DNA from: Octopus vulgaris
Lineage: Eukaryota
Direction of reading: 5' to 3'
Assembly (NCBI GenBank): GCA_951406725.2
Contig: OX597833.1
Coordinates: forward strand, 50,220,001 to 50,284,000
DNA length: 64,000 nt
The position numbers and the translations under genes were made by a program. The notes beneath the pieces are model-generated. The model saw only the letters and a list, made by a program, of their open reading frames with translations, ran no database searches and was not told the DNA's origin. Position 1 is the stretch's first letter; every line of letters begins with the position of its first letter. Positions 25,126-38,559 of the stretch are shown here, in pieces.

Positions 25126-25306
25126 TATGCATGTACGTATGTATACCATCATTCATGCATACACACACATATTACGGAGAGAAAGATAGACGGAAGATAT
25201 ACATATAGAGAACGGGTGGTATGATGGGTTACGATCTCTAAAATTTCAGTTTCAAATAAATTTGGTATTTGAGCGGGAGAGAGAAAGAGAGAAAGAAAGA
25301 GAGGGA

Positions 25307-25343
<37 letters not shown>

Positions 25344-25905
25344 TGTGAGCGTGTGTGTATGTGAGATAATGTTGGTGATGACTTTTATGGATTTCCCTGC
25401 ACGGTATATGAAGAATCGAAAAGAGGAGGCAGAAATCCTTCCGCCTGGTTTTATTGCTGTCCAATATGTGTTAAAAATGATTCAATTAAAGTCTTGCTGT
25501 GACCCAGGATGTGGAATTATTTCTTTGTAATTTGGCTGATAATTGTGGGTGAACACCTCTTACTGCTGGAATTATGTCCAGTTAAGTTGCGAACTGCTTT
25601 TAAAAGTGCAGTTTGCAACATAATGAGCAAGGGTTGCTTGCATTCATGCATGGTTTTCTCGTACAGAAGCTCATCTTAAAACCGATAGAGGCACATGCTC
25701 ATGCTCTCTCTCTCTCTCCCCCCTCTCTCTCTCATAAGTATATACACATACACACACACATGCGCTGAAATATTTATCTGTCTATCTATACATCTATCAG
25801 TCTATCTATCTATCTATACATGTATCTCTCTGTCTGTCTCTCTATACATGTATCTGTCTGTCTGTCTATACATGTATCTGTCTGTCTGTCTATCTATCTA
25901 TCTAA

Positions 25906-25988
<83 letters not shown>

Positions 25989-26057
25989 GAGAGAGACACA
26001 CACACACACACATACAGAGAAAGAGAGAGAGAGAGATATACATACATAGAAATACAT

Positions 26058-26089
<32 letters not shown>

Positions 26090-26404
26090 GTGTATGTATG
26101 TATATATATAAGCACGTACATGTGTAGAGAGATTAGAGGAGAGAGAGGGGGAGAGAGACAGAGAGAAAGGGGTAGAGAGCCAGAGAGATGAATATATATT
26201 TATATATGTATATGAATATATCTGTATATGAATATCACTTCTCCCTATGTGTGTTGTGTGTGTGTGTGTATGTGTTTGTGTGTGTGTGCTTTTGTGTGTT
26301 CGACTGCCTATAGCTTTCTATTCAAGCGCATACGGATATAAAAACAGACTTGATTTCTGAATACATATATTTCTGTAGTGCTCCAAGATACGATAATACG
26401 GAAG

Positions 26405-26503
<99 letters not shown>

Positions 26504-27315
26504 TTATAGAATACTTTCGCGCATCTGTGTTTTAACAGAGATGTAATAATGAAATTAAATCACTTCTAAGGTCTACATTTGTTGGACGCCTTGACTTAAA
26601 CGTATCCTAGGGTACTTGGATCGATGTAAGAGAGAAAGAAAAATTCTCTAGTGAAGCCAGTAACATTTGAAACCATATAAGGAGAGCGAGAGCGAGAGAG
26701 AGAGAAGCCATAATTATTTCTGTCTTACCCCACTTGCAACTAAATACATTGAACAAGAGAAGATGAAGGTCCCAGAGTGAGTAGGGAGAATCAGTGGAGG
26801 TTATTAACATTGCCTCATACCCCAGAAATGAACCATTCTTACCGTTCACAGCACGACATTTTAAAGTAGGAGAGTGGTTATTAGCCGTCCATTTTCGCTT
26901 GATTTTGACTTCCTTTAGTTTAATTTTCCGCCAATAGAGACCAGTTTAATTCAATTATCAGGACTTAGAAAAGAAAAAGGAAAAGAAAGCGCAAGCAAAA
27001 ATTAGAGAGGAGTGTATGTGTGTGAGAGAGCCGGGAGAGGAAGAAAGAGGGAGAAAGAGAAGGGGACGGAGAAGAAATCAAACGTTCTTACACTAGTTGA
27101 CAGAAAAATGAATTCATTAAAATCATAGTTTGTTTCGATTCTTTCGTATTTTGCTTTGTTTTTTTTTTTTTTTTTTTTTTTGGTAGTATATTAACGATTG
27201 TTTTATAATAAGCACCAATTTTCTCCTAATATTTATTTCCCCATTAAATACATTATTTCACAAACGAGAATATAAACTATCTGAGTGGCAATTCGGAAAA
27301 AATAATTATTTCACA

Positions 27316-27525
<210 letters not shown>

Positions 27526-28572
27526 GAACAATTATAACTAAGCAATAACCAGTGAAACAACAGCTTGCAATAATGTAAAGGTTCAACTGAGCATCGTGAT
27601 ACACAAGTTTTATATTTTGGAATCAAGCGATTTCGAGTTTAGTACCAACCGCCTGACAACAGTTGTTGGTTTGTTTACGTCCCAACGATATAGTGGTTCG
27701 ACAAAAGATAACGATAGAATAAATACTAGAATACTGAGAGGGAGCAAGTTGTGCGGCTAAATCCCACCAAGGCGGTGCTGAAAACAGTAAAATGCTAAAG
27801 ATATATTATGATCACTTGGGACGTCCGCTCAAAGCTTCGATAAATAAATTAAATGTTTTCTGTAGTTTTCAGATCTCATCCTATCTCATCTTCTTCATCC
27901 ATTTATTACTGGAAGGGTTGTGAGCCAGAACCATCAAGCACGCTTTTCAGCGACTCCAGAGCCATCAAGTACGCTTTCCGTCGATCGACTCCTGTCAGAA
28001 GTAGACGTCTCCAACTGACGGGGCTGGATCCCGAAGCAAGACCAACGGAGCCCACGCTGGAGCTGAGGATTTTATTTAAAAGATAATGACTGCACTTCTA
28101 GTTTTCCCTATTTCTTTTTGCAACCCTGAGTAAGTTTCAGGCTGATTTTTTATGTTAAACAACCATCTTACTCGTGGTATACCTCTAGGTTACCAGCCGG
28201 CTGGTTTTGCCCGAGAACATACATAAAAAGAGAACCGAAGTAAATTTTGAAAATGAGCTACACCACACGGTTATGTTCATATACGAAATAAATATTACAG
28301 CGTGAAACAGCTGTGTTACGCCATTTCTTCTCTCCTGTGCGACAGTTCATGTACTTCCCACAATGAAAACGTTCAGCTGCAGTTGGAACTGAAAACGATA
28401 TCTATTTATGTTCTTTTAAAGTTCTTGCCCTGAGCAGAAAACGTAGGTAATAGAAAAATGCATCTTTTAGTTTTGTATGTCACGCTTACTATCCTCGCGT
28501 CCCCACTATTATTTTTCAACTCTACCAGATTAGTTTCATGCATGCCATAGGCACACACGGCTGTGAAAGTAT

Positions 28573-30067
28573 ATTTGTATACTCTTTTACTTGTTTCAGT
28601 CATTTGACTGTGGTCATGCTGGAGCACCGCCTTTTAGTCGAGCAAATCGGTCCCAGGACTTATTCTTTGTAAGCCCAGTACTTATTCTATCGGTTCTCTT
28701 TTGCCGAACCGCTAATTTACGGGGACGTAAACACACCAGCATCAGCTGTCAAGCGATGTTGGTAGGGGGGGGGACAAACACAGACACAGACACACATATA
28801 TATATACATATACATATATACGACGGGCTTCTTACAGTTTCCGTCTACAAATCCACTCACAAGGCTTTGGTCGGCCCGAGTTATAGTAGAAGACACTTGC
28901 CCAAGGTGCCATGCAGTGGGACTCAACCCGGAATTTGTATACTCTTTTACTTGCTTCAGTCATTTGACTGTGGTCATGCTGGAGCACCGCCATTTAGTCG
29001 AGCAAATCGGTCCCAGGACTTATTCTTTGTAAGCCCAGTACTTATTCTATCGGTTCTCTTTTGCCGAACCGCTAAGTGACGGGGACGTAAACACACCAGC
29101 ATCGGCTGTCAAGCGATGTTGGTAGGGGGGGGGGGACAAACACAGACACAGACACACACACACATATACATATACATATATACGACGGGCTTCTTACAGT
29201 TTCCGTCTACCAAATCCACTCACAAGGCTTTGGTCGGCCCGAGGTTATAGTAGAAGACACTTGCCCAAGGTGCCACGCAGTGGGACTGAACCCGGAATTT
29301 GTATACTCTTTTACTTGTTTCAGTCATTTGACTGTGGTCATGCTGGAGCACCGCCATTTAGTCGAGCAAATCGGCCCCAGGACTTATTCTTTGTAAGCCC
29401 AGTACTTATTCTATCGGTTCTCTTTTGCCGAACCGCTATTTTACGGGGACGTAAACACACCAGCATCGGCTGTCAAGCGATGTTGGTAGGGGGGGGGGAC
29501 AAACACAGACACAGACACACATATATATATACATATACATATATACGATGGGCTTCTTTCGGTTTCTGTCTACCAAATCCACTCACAAGGCTTTGGTCGG
29601 CCCGAGGTTATAGTAGAAGACACTTGCCCAAGGTGCCATGCAGTGGGACTCAACCCGGAATTTGTATACTCTTTTACTTGCTTCAGTCATTTGACTGTGG
29701 CCATGCTGGAGCACCGCCTTTAGTCGAGCAAATCGGTCCCAGGACTTATTCTTTGTAAGCCCAGTACTTATTCTATAGGTCTCTTTTGCCGAACCGCTAA
29801 TTTACGGGGACGTAAACACACCAGCATCAGCTGTCAAGCGATGTTGGTAAGGGGGGGGGGGCAAACACAGACACAGACACACACACACACATATCTATAT
29901 ATATACATATACATATATACGATGGGCTTCTTTCGGTTTCTGTCTAGCAAATCCATTCACAAGGCTTTGGTCGGCCCGAAGCTATAGTAGAAGACACTTG
30001 CCCAAAGTGCCACGCAGTGGAACTGAACCCGGAACCATGTGGTTTGTAAGCAAGCAACTAACCACAT
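28573..30067 (-). mobile_element. Tandem array of four SINE family A units (periods 360, 364, 363 bp)
   Basis: Unit start atttgtatactcttttacttg at 28573, 28933, 29297 and 29660; only the last unit keeps the extended head. Confidence 0.95.
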
Positions 30068-30740
30068 AATTATTTTATGTATATATGTATGCGGTATATA
30101 TACATGTGTGTACATAGGGTTGAATATTCACGTGAGTAAACCTGCTTGTATGTATATATGCATATATGTGTATCCTTAAGTATGCAGACATGCATATGTA
30201 TGTAGAAATATATTTATACATGCATGTATATACATATATACATGTGTGTGTGAATACTAGTAATTTTCCTTCTTTGAATTTGAATTCTTCCAATAAAGAA
30301 GATGGAACTGTTTCCAAACGAAAACAAAACTCCATCAACGGAATTCAGAAAGTGAAAAAAATTAGAAACGAAAACATTGAATTTTAGCTAAGTCTTAGAT
30401 ATTTTTACAGTTACGCATAAATCAGTGTAAGTTTTTCTTCCATTCTAAATACATTTTTTAAAAATCCTTTTTTTTTTTTTAATAGGAAGGAAAATACATG
30501 CATATTTTCATTGTTACATATAAATTTATGCATTTTTTTCCGATTTTAATACCTTGAATTCTTTCTCACTCTGAATGCAAGAGGAACTTAAATACAAGTT
30601 GAGGAGGTTGTAACGCTTCTAGGATTTAGGTGATTTGGAATTTTGTAAAATATGTATATAATAGAGATATGATTTGGTTTATAATGTGTGTGTGTGTGAG
30701 TTTGTATGTGTGTGCGTAGGTGTCGAAATTGTGACGATGA

Positions 30741-31165
30741 AGGCGGAGAGCTGGCAGAAACGTTAGCACGCCGGACGAAATGCTTAGCGGTATTTCGTCT
30801 GCGGCTACGTTCTGAGTTCAAATTCCGCCGAGGTTGACTTTGCCTTTCATCCTTTCTGGGTCGATAAATTAAGTACCAGTTACGCACTGGGGTCGATGTA
30901 ATCGGCTTAATACCTATGTCTGTCCTTGCTTGTCCCCTCTGTGTTTAGCCCCTTGTGGGTAATAAAGAAATAGAAATAGGTATTTCGTCTGCGGCTATGT
31001 TCTGAGTTCAAATTCCGCCGAGGTTGACATTGCCTTTCATCCTTTCTGGGTCGATTAAATAAGTACCAGTTAAGCACTGGGGTCAATATGATCGACTTCA
31101 TACGTTTGTCTGTCCTTGTTTGTCTCCTCTGTGTTTAGCCAATTGTGAGTAGTAAAGAAATAGGT
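30741..31165 (+). mobile_element. SINE family B dimer
   Basis: Full head at 30741; second unit starts after agaaataggtatttcg (about 30972); tgtcgaaattgtgacgat occurs on both sides (30721 and 31166), TSD-like. Confidence 0.9.
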
Positions 31166-31279
31166 GTCGAAATTGTGACGATATTTAACCGAAAGTTCAC
31201 GAGGGGTTGAGACATTCCACATCCACCGTATAAGTTCATTTTTTTCTGCATGTCTCTTTGTCATCTTCCTGTGCCACAT

Positions 31280-31340
<61 letters not shown>

Positions 31341-31363
31341 TTCATAACGGCTGGATTCAGCTC

Positions 31364-31500
31364 CAAAAGTTTCGTGGGCTCGTTAGTGGAACCTAGCTCA
31401 TCCGACTGCTAAATGTGCTCGGTGGTCCTTTCTTTCGTTTGTCCACTCACTCGTATACACACACACACACACGCATATATTTATTTTTGTATGTATGTAT
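31364..31500 (+). repeat. About 140-bp segment duplicated at 33524-33668
   Basis: caaaagtttcgtgggctcgttag(t/c)ggaacctagctc(a/g)tccgactgctaaatgt... in both copies, each after (TTA)n. Confidence 0.85.
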
Positions 31501-31599
31501 ATATATATATATATTCATGCAAACATACATACATGCATGCATACATACTTGCATATGTACATACATACATACATTACATACATACATACATACATATAC

Positions 31600-31636
<37 letters not shown>

Positions 31637-31794
31637 GGCAATAATAAATCTCTGAGCGAGGTATAAACAATAGCTGCACGATATCGTGAAGTATATTTGT
31701 CACTTAAATGTGGCTAACCACTAAGGGTGGATGCTACTGAAGCTTGTAGTCCCAGGAGGACACCTCCTCCAGCTGACTATTGACACACTTTCTG

Positions 31795-31864
<70 letters not shown>

Positions 31865-32325
31865 CACACTGAGTTAGATCTCTACCTTGTTTCAGCCATC
31901 GCCAGAAATGCTTCGAACTAGAAATGCTTTTGGCTTGTGAGAATTATACAATCAACTACACTATTGTCCATAAATTGTAATATAAGAGAGATAAAATAAA
32001 ATGCCCTCATGTGATCCATATTAAATTGATAGTTCATATATAAAATACGAAATATTGCCCCCTTTTAAATATCAATACAGTAAACACTATCAGAGTGCAC
32101 CTTACATTTGTATAAAATTCAATTTATAGTCCAATCAAACGTTTATATACGTACGTGTGTGTGTGTGTGTGTTTGTGAATGTGTGAGTGTGTGTGCTTCT
32201 GAAGGCGTGGGTGTGTGTGATAGTGATTGTGTGCTTATGTGTGTGTGCTTGTGTGCCAGTGTACATAGATAGATAGACAGATGCGTGTGTTTCTATATTT
32301 TTATATATAAATGGATAGATATACG

Positions 32326-32370
<45 letters not shown>

Positions 32371-32520
32371 ACATATTTATATATAAACGGATATAAGCTC
32401 ATATATATGTGTGTGCGTGTGTGTAAATGAATATATACACGCATATATATATATATATATACAGAGAGAGATAGATATGTTTCTTTATTAGTCACACAGG
32501 GCTGAACACAGAGGGGATAG

Positions 32521-32603
<83 letters not shown>

Positions 32604-32698
32604 TTTTAAGTAAATGGCTTTTCTGCAATTTTTAATTTTTATTGTTTTGAAATTTGTTCCTGTTGCGTTTCCTATTAAAATTGTTATCGATATTTTTC

Positions 32699-32734
<36 letters not shown>

Positions 32735-33208
32735 TATGTATGCATACTAATATGTTTGCGTTGCATGTTCTAATCGCTCATTTAATGCATTTATGAAACG
32801 ACATAAGTTTTTCATTACGTCCCCCCTGAGTAAAATCTATTTTCTAGTAAACCGTACGTAATTGATATAGATTATAGTTTCATAATTATCATTAATTTTC
32901 ACTATTTTTCTCGACTAAGTAGGAAATAAAAATAAACAAAATAAACAGATATTTCTCACAGCCATTCATTTCGAAATGTTGTTTGGTAGCATTAAGTATA
33001 AGAAGAAAATTAGAATTTTATGATTCTCAGCATGGGATATGTATTGCAGCATGATCTAAATATTTGTCTGCAAAAAAAATTTCATTAAATGCAACTTATA
33101 CATAGACAAGCACATACATACACGCGCTGGTAATATACAAATATATATACATGTATACATAAATTACATAAATACATGTGTGCGTATGCGTGCGTGTGTG
33201 TGTGCACT

Positions 33209-33249
<41 letters not shown>

Positions 33250-33343
33250 TACATATTTTCACAAACACTGGTATACATAAATATATACTTATATATATAT
33301 GTTTGTATATGTATATTCATGTGTATACATAAGCGTGCATATG

Positions 33344-33374
<31 letters not shown>

Positions 33375-33750
33375 TTTCACAAACAAATATGCATACATAA
33401 ATATATACTTATAAATATATACGTTTGTATATGTATATTCATGTGTATAGATATATGTATGCATATACGTACTTTACATACATACATATTATTATTATTA
33501 TTATTTTTATTATTATTATTATTCAAAAGTTTCGTGGGCTCGTTAGCGGAACCTAGCTCGTCCGACTGCTAAATGTATTCAGTGGCCCTTTCTTTCACTT
33601 GTCCACTCACTCGTGTATACTCACACACACACACACACACACTTATGTATCTATTTTTGTATGTATGTACAAAAATATACATACACAAAATAGAAAAATT
33701 GAATAAGGAGACGAAACTTCGGGATGTTGCTAAACCATTTGTATCTGGAA

Positions 33751-33840
33751 GTCTTCTACATATGTTTCGACGGGTGCACTCCAAAAATGTCCGACGGGAT
33801 AAATTATGGTCAGTAATGCATCAATCGCATCAGTAAAGAC
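33751..33840 (-). ncRNA. Degenerate hammerhead ribozyme with extended stem II
   Basis: Minus strand: gucuuu-a-CUGAUGC-gauugaugcauuac...ggagugcacccguc-GAAA-c(auau)GUA-gaagac; A9 replaced by C; stem II pairs at 11 of 14 positions counting G-U. Confidence 0.5.
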
Positions 33841-34414
33841 ATAAATAACAGCACTCATCAAACAGACATTTTAGCAAAAATAGAAAGCCCTATGAGATGT
33901 AATTTATTTATATTCATATGCGCACTCGCGTACACATACTCAAGTATGTGACGTGTAAATATAAACATTATATACATACAAAAAAATGACAGGAACGTAT
34001 AAAAGCACATATACATACACACGCATTAATATGCATACACATATACATACACATGTATACATAGATATATACACACATACCTACATACATACACATATGA
34101 ACATATACATACACAGAAACAAACATACATATATATTCAAATACATATACACATAGGCAGAAATATACTCACACACATATGCATATATATCTATACATAT
34201 ACTCATGGCAATTATCCCCCTGGATTTTTCCTATAAATTGTAAACTCTACATATATATACATGTACAGTATGCAGGTGTGTGGTGCTGCAACAACGTGGT
34301 TTCAATTTCTGAACCGGCTGGTGCATTGTCTTCACACCTAAGTATTACACCTATGATGAAGGCAATTGTTGCATACAGTGCTCAAGTGCACTACAACTAA
34401 AAAGAAGAAAAAGA

Positions 34415-34790
34415 AAGGTTATCAGGAAGCATGGAAGTTTTGAAGGACGTTGTGTCTCGACAGCTAACAACTGATGCGAATAATTTATTCCATGCTTCAG
34501 CAATTTTGAGCATGAAAATATGTTACCGAAAGTCATGGGATGCTGTGTCTTTTACTTTTATAAGCATGTCCCCGAGTGTTTGTCGTATGGAATTCAAAAA
34601 GGTCCCTAATGTTGTTGTTGGAAAGATGATGGATAATATTGTAGGTGTCTACTGAGTCAGTTGCCAGACGTCTGAGCTCCAATGTATCCATGCCCAGGGA
34701 AGCAAGACGTTCAGAGTATGGTAGATGTCTGACGTTGGGTATTGGAATTTTTTTTTTTTTTGCACGAGAATACAAATATTTCCTGATATC
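34415..34790 (-). mobile_element. Degenerate CR1/L2-type LINE ORF2 C-terminal fragment
   Basis: RHLPYSERLASLGMDTLELRRLATD...NTRGHAYK, then in another frame HDFR*HIFMLKIAEAWNKL...SFK. Confidence 0.8.
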
Positions 34791-35237
34791 TTTGATGTGG
34801 CTTGTTCAATTAGGCTAAAGGTCACTTTCGTTTAGCTGCTCATTTAGTATGACTGTGCTTATGGTCATACTCATTAAGGGCGATTCAGTGGCTGCGCAAG
34901 CCTGTCCGTAGACATTACAGTGGGTTCCGGTGAGTGTTCCCTATAACTTCGTAGAGAATCGTATCCGAGGAATTGACTAGTTTGGAAATACGTATACCTT
35001 AGACAGGCTCCTCAAGTGCCGCCGAGCATGCTCATGTTGGTGGTCCTTGCCCTCTTTCTTGTGCTCTTCTGTCATCATCATCGTCATCATCATCATCATC
35101 ATCATCGATATCAGGTTAAATACATTATGTCGACAGAAAAATGACTGCGTGAAGACGTTTTCGGCGACAAATTTTTGACATCAAATCCGCGACAGAGATT
35201 ATTTCCTGTCTCTTAAAAGCGTTCTTGATTGCAAGTA

Positions 35238-35735
35238 CCGTAAATCCTCGAGTATAGTCCACGCAGGGGATTTTTAGCGGGTTGTACCTCTGAAAAACCT
35301 AAACCTTGTGTATAATACGCTCTCCTTCTCTAACTTGAGTCGTGCGTAATTAAGCCAGCAGCACCTAGTCGAACAAACACTTCCGCGCATGCGTAATACG
35401 ATAATGGTGATGTTCTTAACTGCTATATGGGAATGTAAATATGTTTGCAAATTGTTTTTGTTACATGTTATTCTGTGTTCTGAATACTTTTATTTTAATA
35501 AATGTTGCTTACTGCAAGTTATAGATGATTCTTCATTGCTTTCAGGCTTAGCTTAAGGTATTTTCGCGCCCGACATCACAAAATACGTCTGAATAAACAC
35601 TGACGGACAGCAAATAGACACTCAGATATTGCTTTAAAAATATTTTTCATTTTTAACCTCGTATATAGTAAGCACTTGGGATTTTGACCTTTAAATTTTG
35701 GTAAAAAAATGCGGATTATACTCGAAGATTTACGG
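35238..35735. mobile_element. Tc1/mariner-superfamily (Tc2/pogo-like) MITE, 498 bp
   Basis: TA|CCGTAAATCCTCGAGTATAGTCC ... GGATTATACTCGAAGATTTACGG|TA: 23-bp TIRs with 2 mismatches and a TA duplication. Confidence 0.88.
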
Positions 35736-36251
35736 TACATCACTTCGGATTAAAGGTACCCATGTATATGAAATGGTTTTTATACGGCAAAATAGGTAAG
35801 ATGCTGTGCCCACTATCAGAATTACATAGGTTTCAAGCAAATCCCATTGCATAATTAAAGCTAAGCATTTATTCACAGCAGGTGGTTAGGGAAAAAAATA
35901 TACATAATTTTTTAATACCTATGCGTAATATATATTCTACGAATGTGTGAGAAAGTTTGTCATGCGTATATAAGTACATCAATTATACCTTCTCATTGAC
36001 ATATGATGGTGTATGGATGTGTGTGTGTGTGTGTGTGAATGAGTGCGTGTAAACATTTACGTGTGTGTCTATCTATCGAGGTCACTTGCCGGTGGAGACT
36101 TCGAAGTTACACACAATATTTTTTTTTTGTGGCGATATACCAACTACGCTATCAGTACCTGATAAGGTACTGAAACACCTCTTCGTTTGAAGTTCGTTTT
36201 TTCTATATATATGTATTATGTATATTTATCTATATACACAATGCACACATC

Positions 36252-36291
<40 letters not shown>

Positions 36292-36355
36292 CATACATAT
36301 ACACACATACATATATACATAAATACATTCATACATATACATATACACACATGCG

Positions 36356-36407
<52 letters not shown>

Positions 36408-36412
36408 GATAC

Positions 36413-36905
36413 AGGCGCACCATGGATGGGTGGTAAGAAATCTGCCTCCCAACAACATGGTTCTGGGTTCAGTCCCACTGCATGCCACCTTGGGCAAGTG
36501 TCTTCTACTATAGCTACGGGCCGACCAAATCCTTGTGAGTGGATTTGGTAGACGGAAACTGAAAGAAGCCCGTCATATATATATGTGTGTGTGTTTGTCC
36601 CCACAACCCATATTGGTGTGTTTACATCTCCGTTACTTAGCGGTTCGCCTTAGAGACCCGGTTGAATAAGCTCTAAGCTAACAAAGAATAAGTTCTGGGG
36701 TCGATTTGTTCGACTATAGGCGGTCCTATAGTCCGCAGTGTAATAACTTAAACAAGTACACACACACTCATATATATATGAATAGGTGTAGGTGTTGCTA
36801 TATAGTAATAAATTTGTCCTCGGTTCAGTCCCACTGCATAACACCCTGGGGAAATTATCATCTGCTATAGCCACGAGTCGACCGAAGCCTTGTGCATGGA
36901 TTTGT
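36413..36905 (+). mobile_element. Diverged SINE family A copy plus a second head fragment
   Basis: ggttcagtcccactg..cttgggcaagtgtcttctactatagc..ggatttggtagacggaaactgaaagaagccc. Confidence 0.85.
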
Positions 36906-37066
36906 AATTAGTACTGGTTTCCTAATTATACACAAGTATAATTGTTCTAAGGAATGTATTAATTATGAATTCATAACCAATTAAAGTGTAGTTTGAACTC
37001 AGTACCAAGAAAGACGAAACTAAATACAGCAATGCTATGAGCTCATTGTTTTTATATGTTGCTGTT

Positions 37067-37363
37067 TGTTTCTTCCCTAGCCATGCCTGGCTCATAAGGG
37101 CCAGTTTCCCGGTTTCATTAGCGTATAGGTTTCTCACCTGAACGAGACGCTGGTTCGTCGCAGGTGAGCTGCTAGATGCAAGACGAAAGAGTGAGACAAA
37201 AATGTGGTGAGAGAGTCAGCAGAAGCTCGCCCTTACCTTCTGCCGGAACCCCGTGGCGCGTAAGTGTTTCGCTCATAAACACACACATCACCATGTCTGA
37301 GATTCGAACCCGCGATCTCTTGACAGCAAATCCGCTGCTCTAACCCGTAGGCCATGTACCTCC
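37067..37363 (-). mobile_element. SINE family D (tRNA head, V-domain-like segment)
   Basis: Reverse complement matches 50748-51023; B box ggttcgaatc present. Confidence 0.85.
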
Positions 37364-38304
37364 CTGTTTTTATATAATCGTTTCTAATTAGGTGCAAGGA
37401 CAGCATTTTTGAGGAAAGAGTTTAGTCGAGCTGAAACAACTATCATAAAACACTCGTTCCAGCGCTGTAAGCATATTGCCCCCTCCCTTCCTTTCTCTTT
37501 TTATATAATGTATATTATTTTTATAATGTATAATATATATAATTTCTTTTTACGTAATATATAATATTATAATCTCTTTGTGTATGATGTATAATACTTA
37601 ATGTCTATTACATGCTTACATAACTATCATGCTTACATTCGTAAGTATTCTATTATTAAGAAATCTTATATATTTATATATAAATATAAGAGAAAAAAAA
37701 ACTAACAATAGGAACGAAATCATATATTTTTATATGCACTCCAAACAATCTCGGATGGCATTAATCCCCTGCAGAATTCAAGCAATTCTTATACGAATGA
37801 TTTAATTTAATCCATATTCAATATATGTACTTTAGAAATTCTTGTGACATTTAATGCTAAGAAAAAAGTTAAAATGATGGTTGAAATAAATAAAATCCAA
37901 GTTTCTTGTACCTGACTTTATAAAGTTCCTTAGCTTTTAAGATGTGACATTTTATAAAAATTAATACAAAGAAACAAAGAAACTATATAAAACTCTCATC
38001 AATACAGTGATTCAACGTCTATTTCTCTCTGCGAGATCTACGTTTTAAGAATACAAGACCTCGTTTAAATCTTATAATGTTTCCAATTCAGCTTTACAAT
38101 TGTTTATAACGTGACTTTACTTGAAGTTTACAATCTTCTCCCTCATATTTAAGGACATTTAAAAACTTATTTCTTCGGGGAATAAGTACAAAATACATTT
38201 GAGATAGTACTAACCGAAACACTAAAGGTATCACGTTTTTATTGTATCCGAATTTCCGGTGTTAATAATACACCTCGACTGAACATGAACACAAACTTAG
38301 CAAT

Positions 38305-38559
38305 TACAGTGTAGTATTTCGTTTTTGGATTTGGTTTGCAAGATTATTTATATGAGTTCGAGTGTTGAAGCATATTCTGTTGTGTCTGGGGAGAGTCATT
38401 TTCTTTTTGTGCCTTAAATTGTAACACACTCACCGGTAAAATTGAAAAGGTTGCAAGACGCAACGAAAATTTCAGGAAAATAACAAATAAGTGGAAATTT
38501 TACCGGTGAGTGTGTTACATTATAAAGCACAAAAAGAAAATGACTACAGTGTAGTATTT
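38305..38559. mobile_element. About 225-bp insertion with 15-bp TSD and internal 50-bp inverted duplication
   Basis: tacagtgtagtattt at 38305-38319 and 38545-38559; 38394-38443 is nearly reverse-complementary to 38496-38545. Confidence 0.75.

Noticed and set aside
34943-34953. ATAACTTCGTA resembling a loxP arm
   Set aside because: Only 11 bp and no second arm; chance match
36152-36173. Perfect 9-bp hairpin tcagtacct-gata-aggtactga overlapping GAAAC
   Set aside because: No upstream CUGANGA core; an isolated short hairpin
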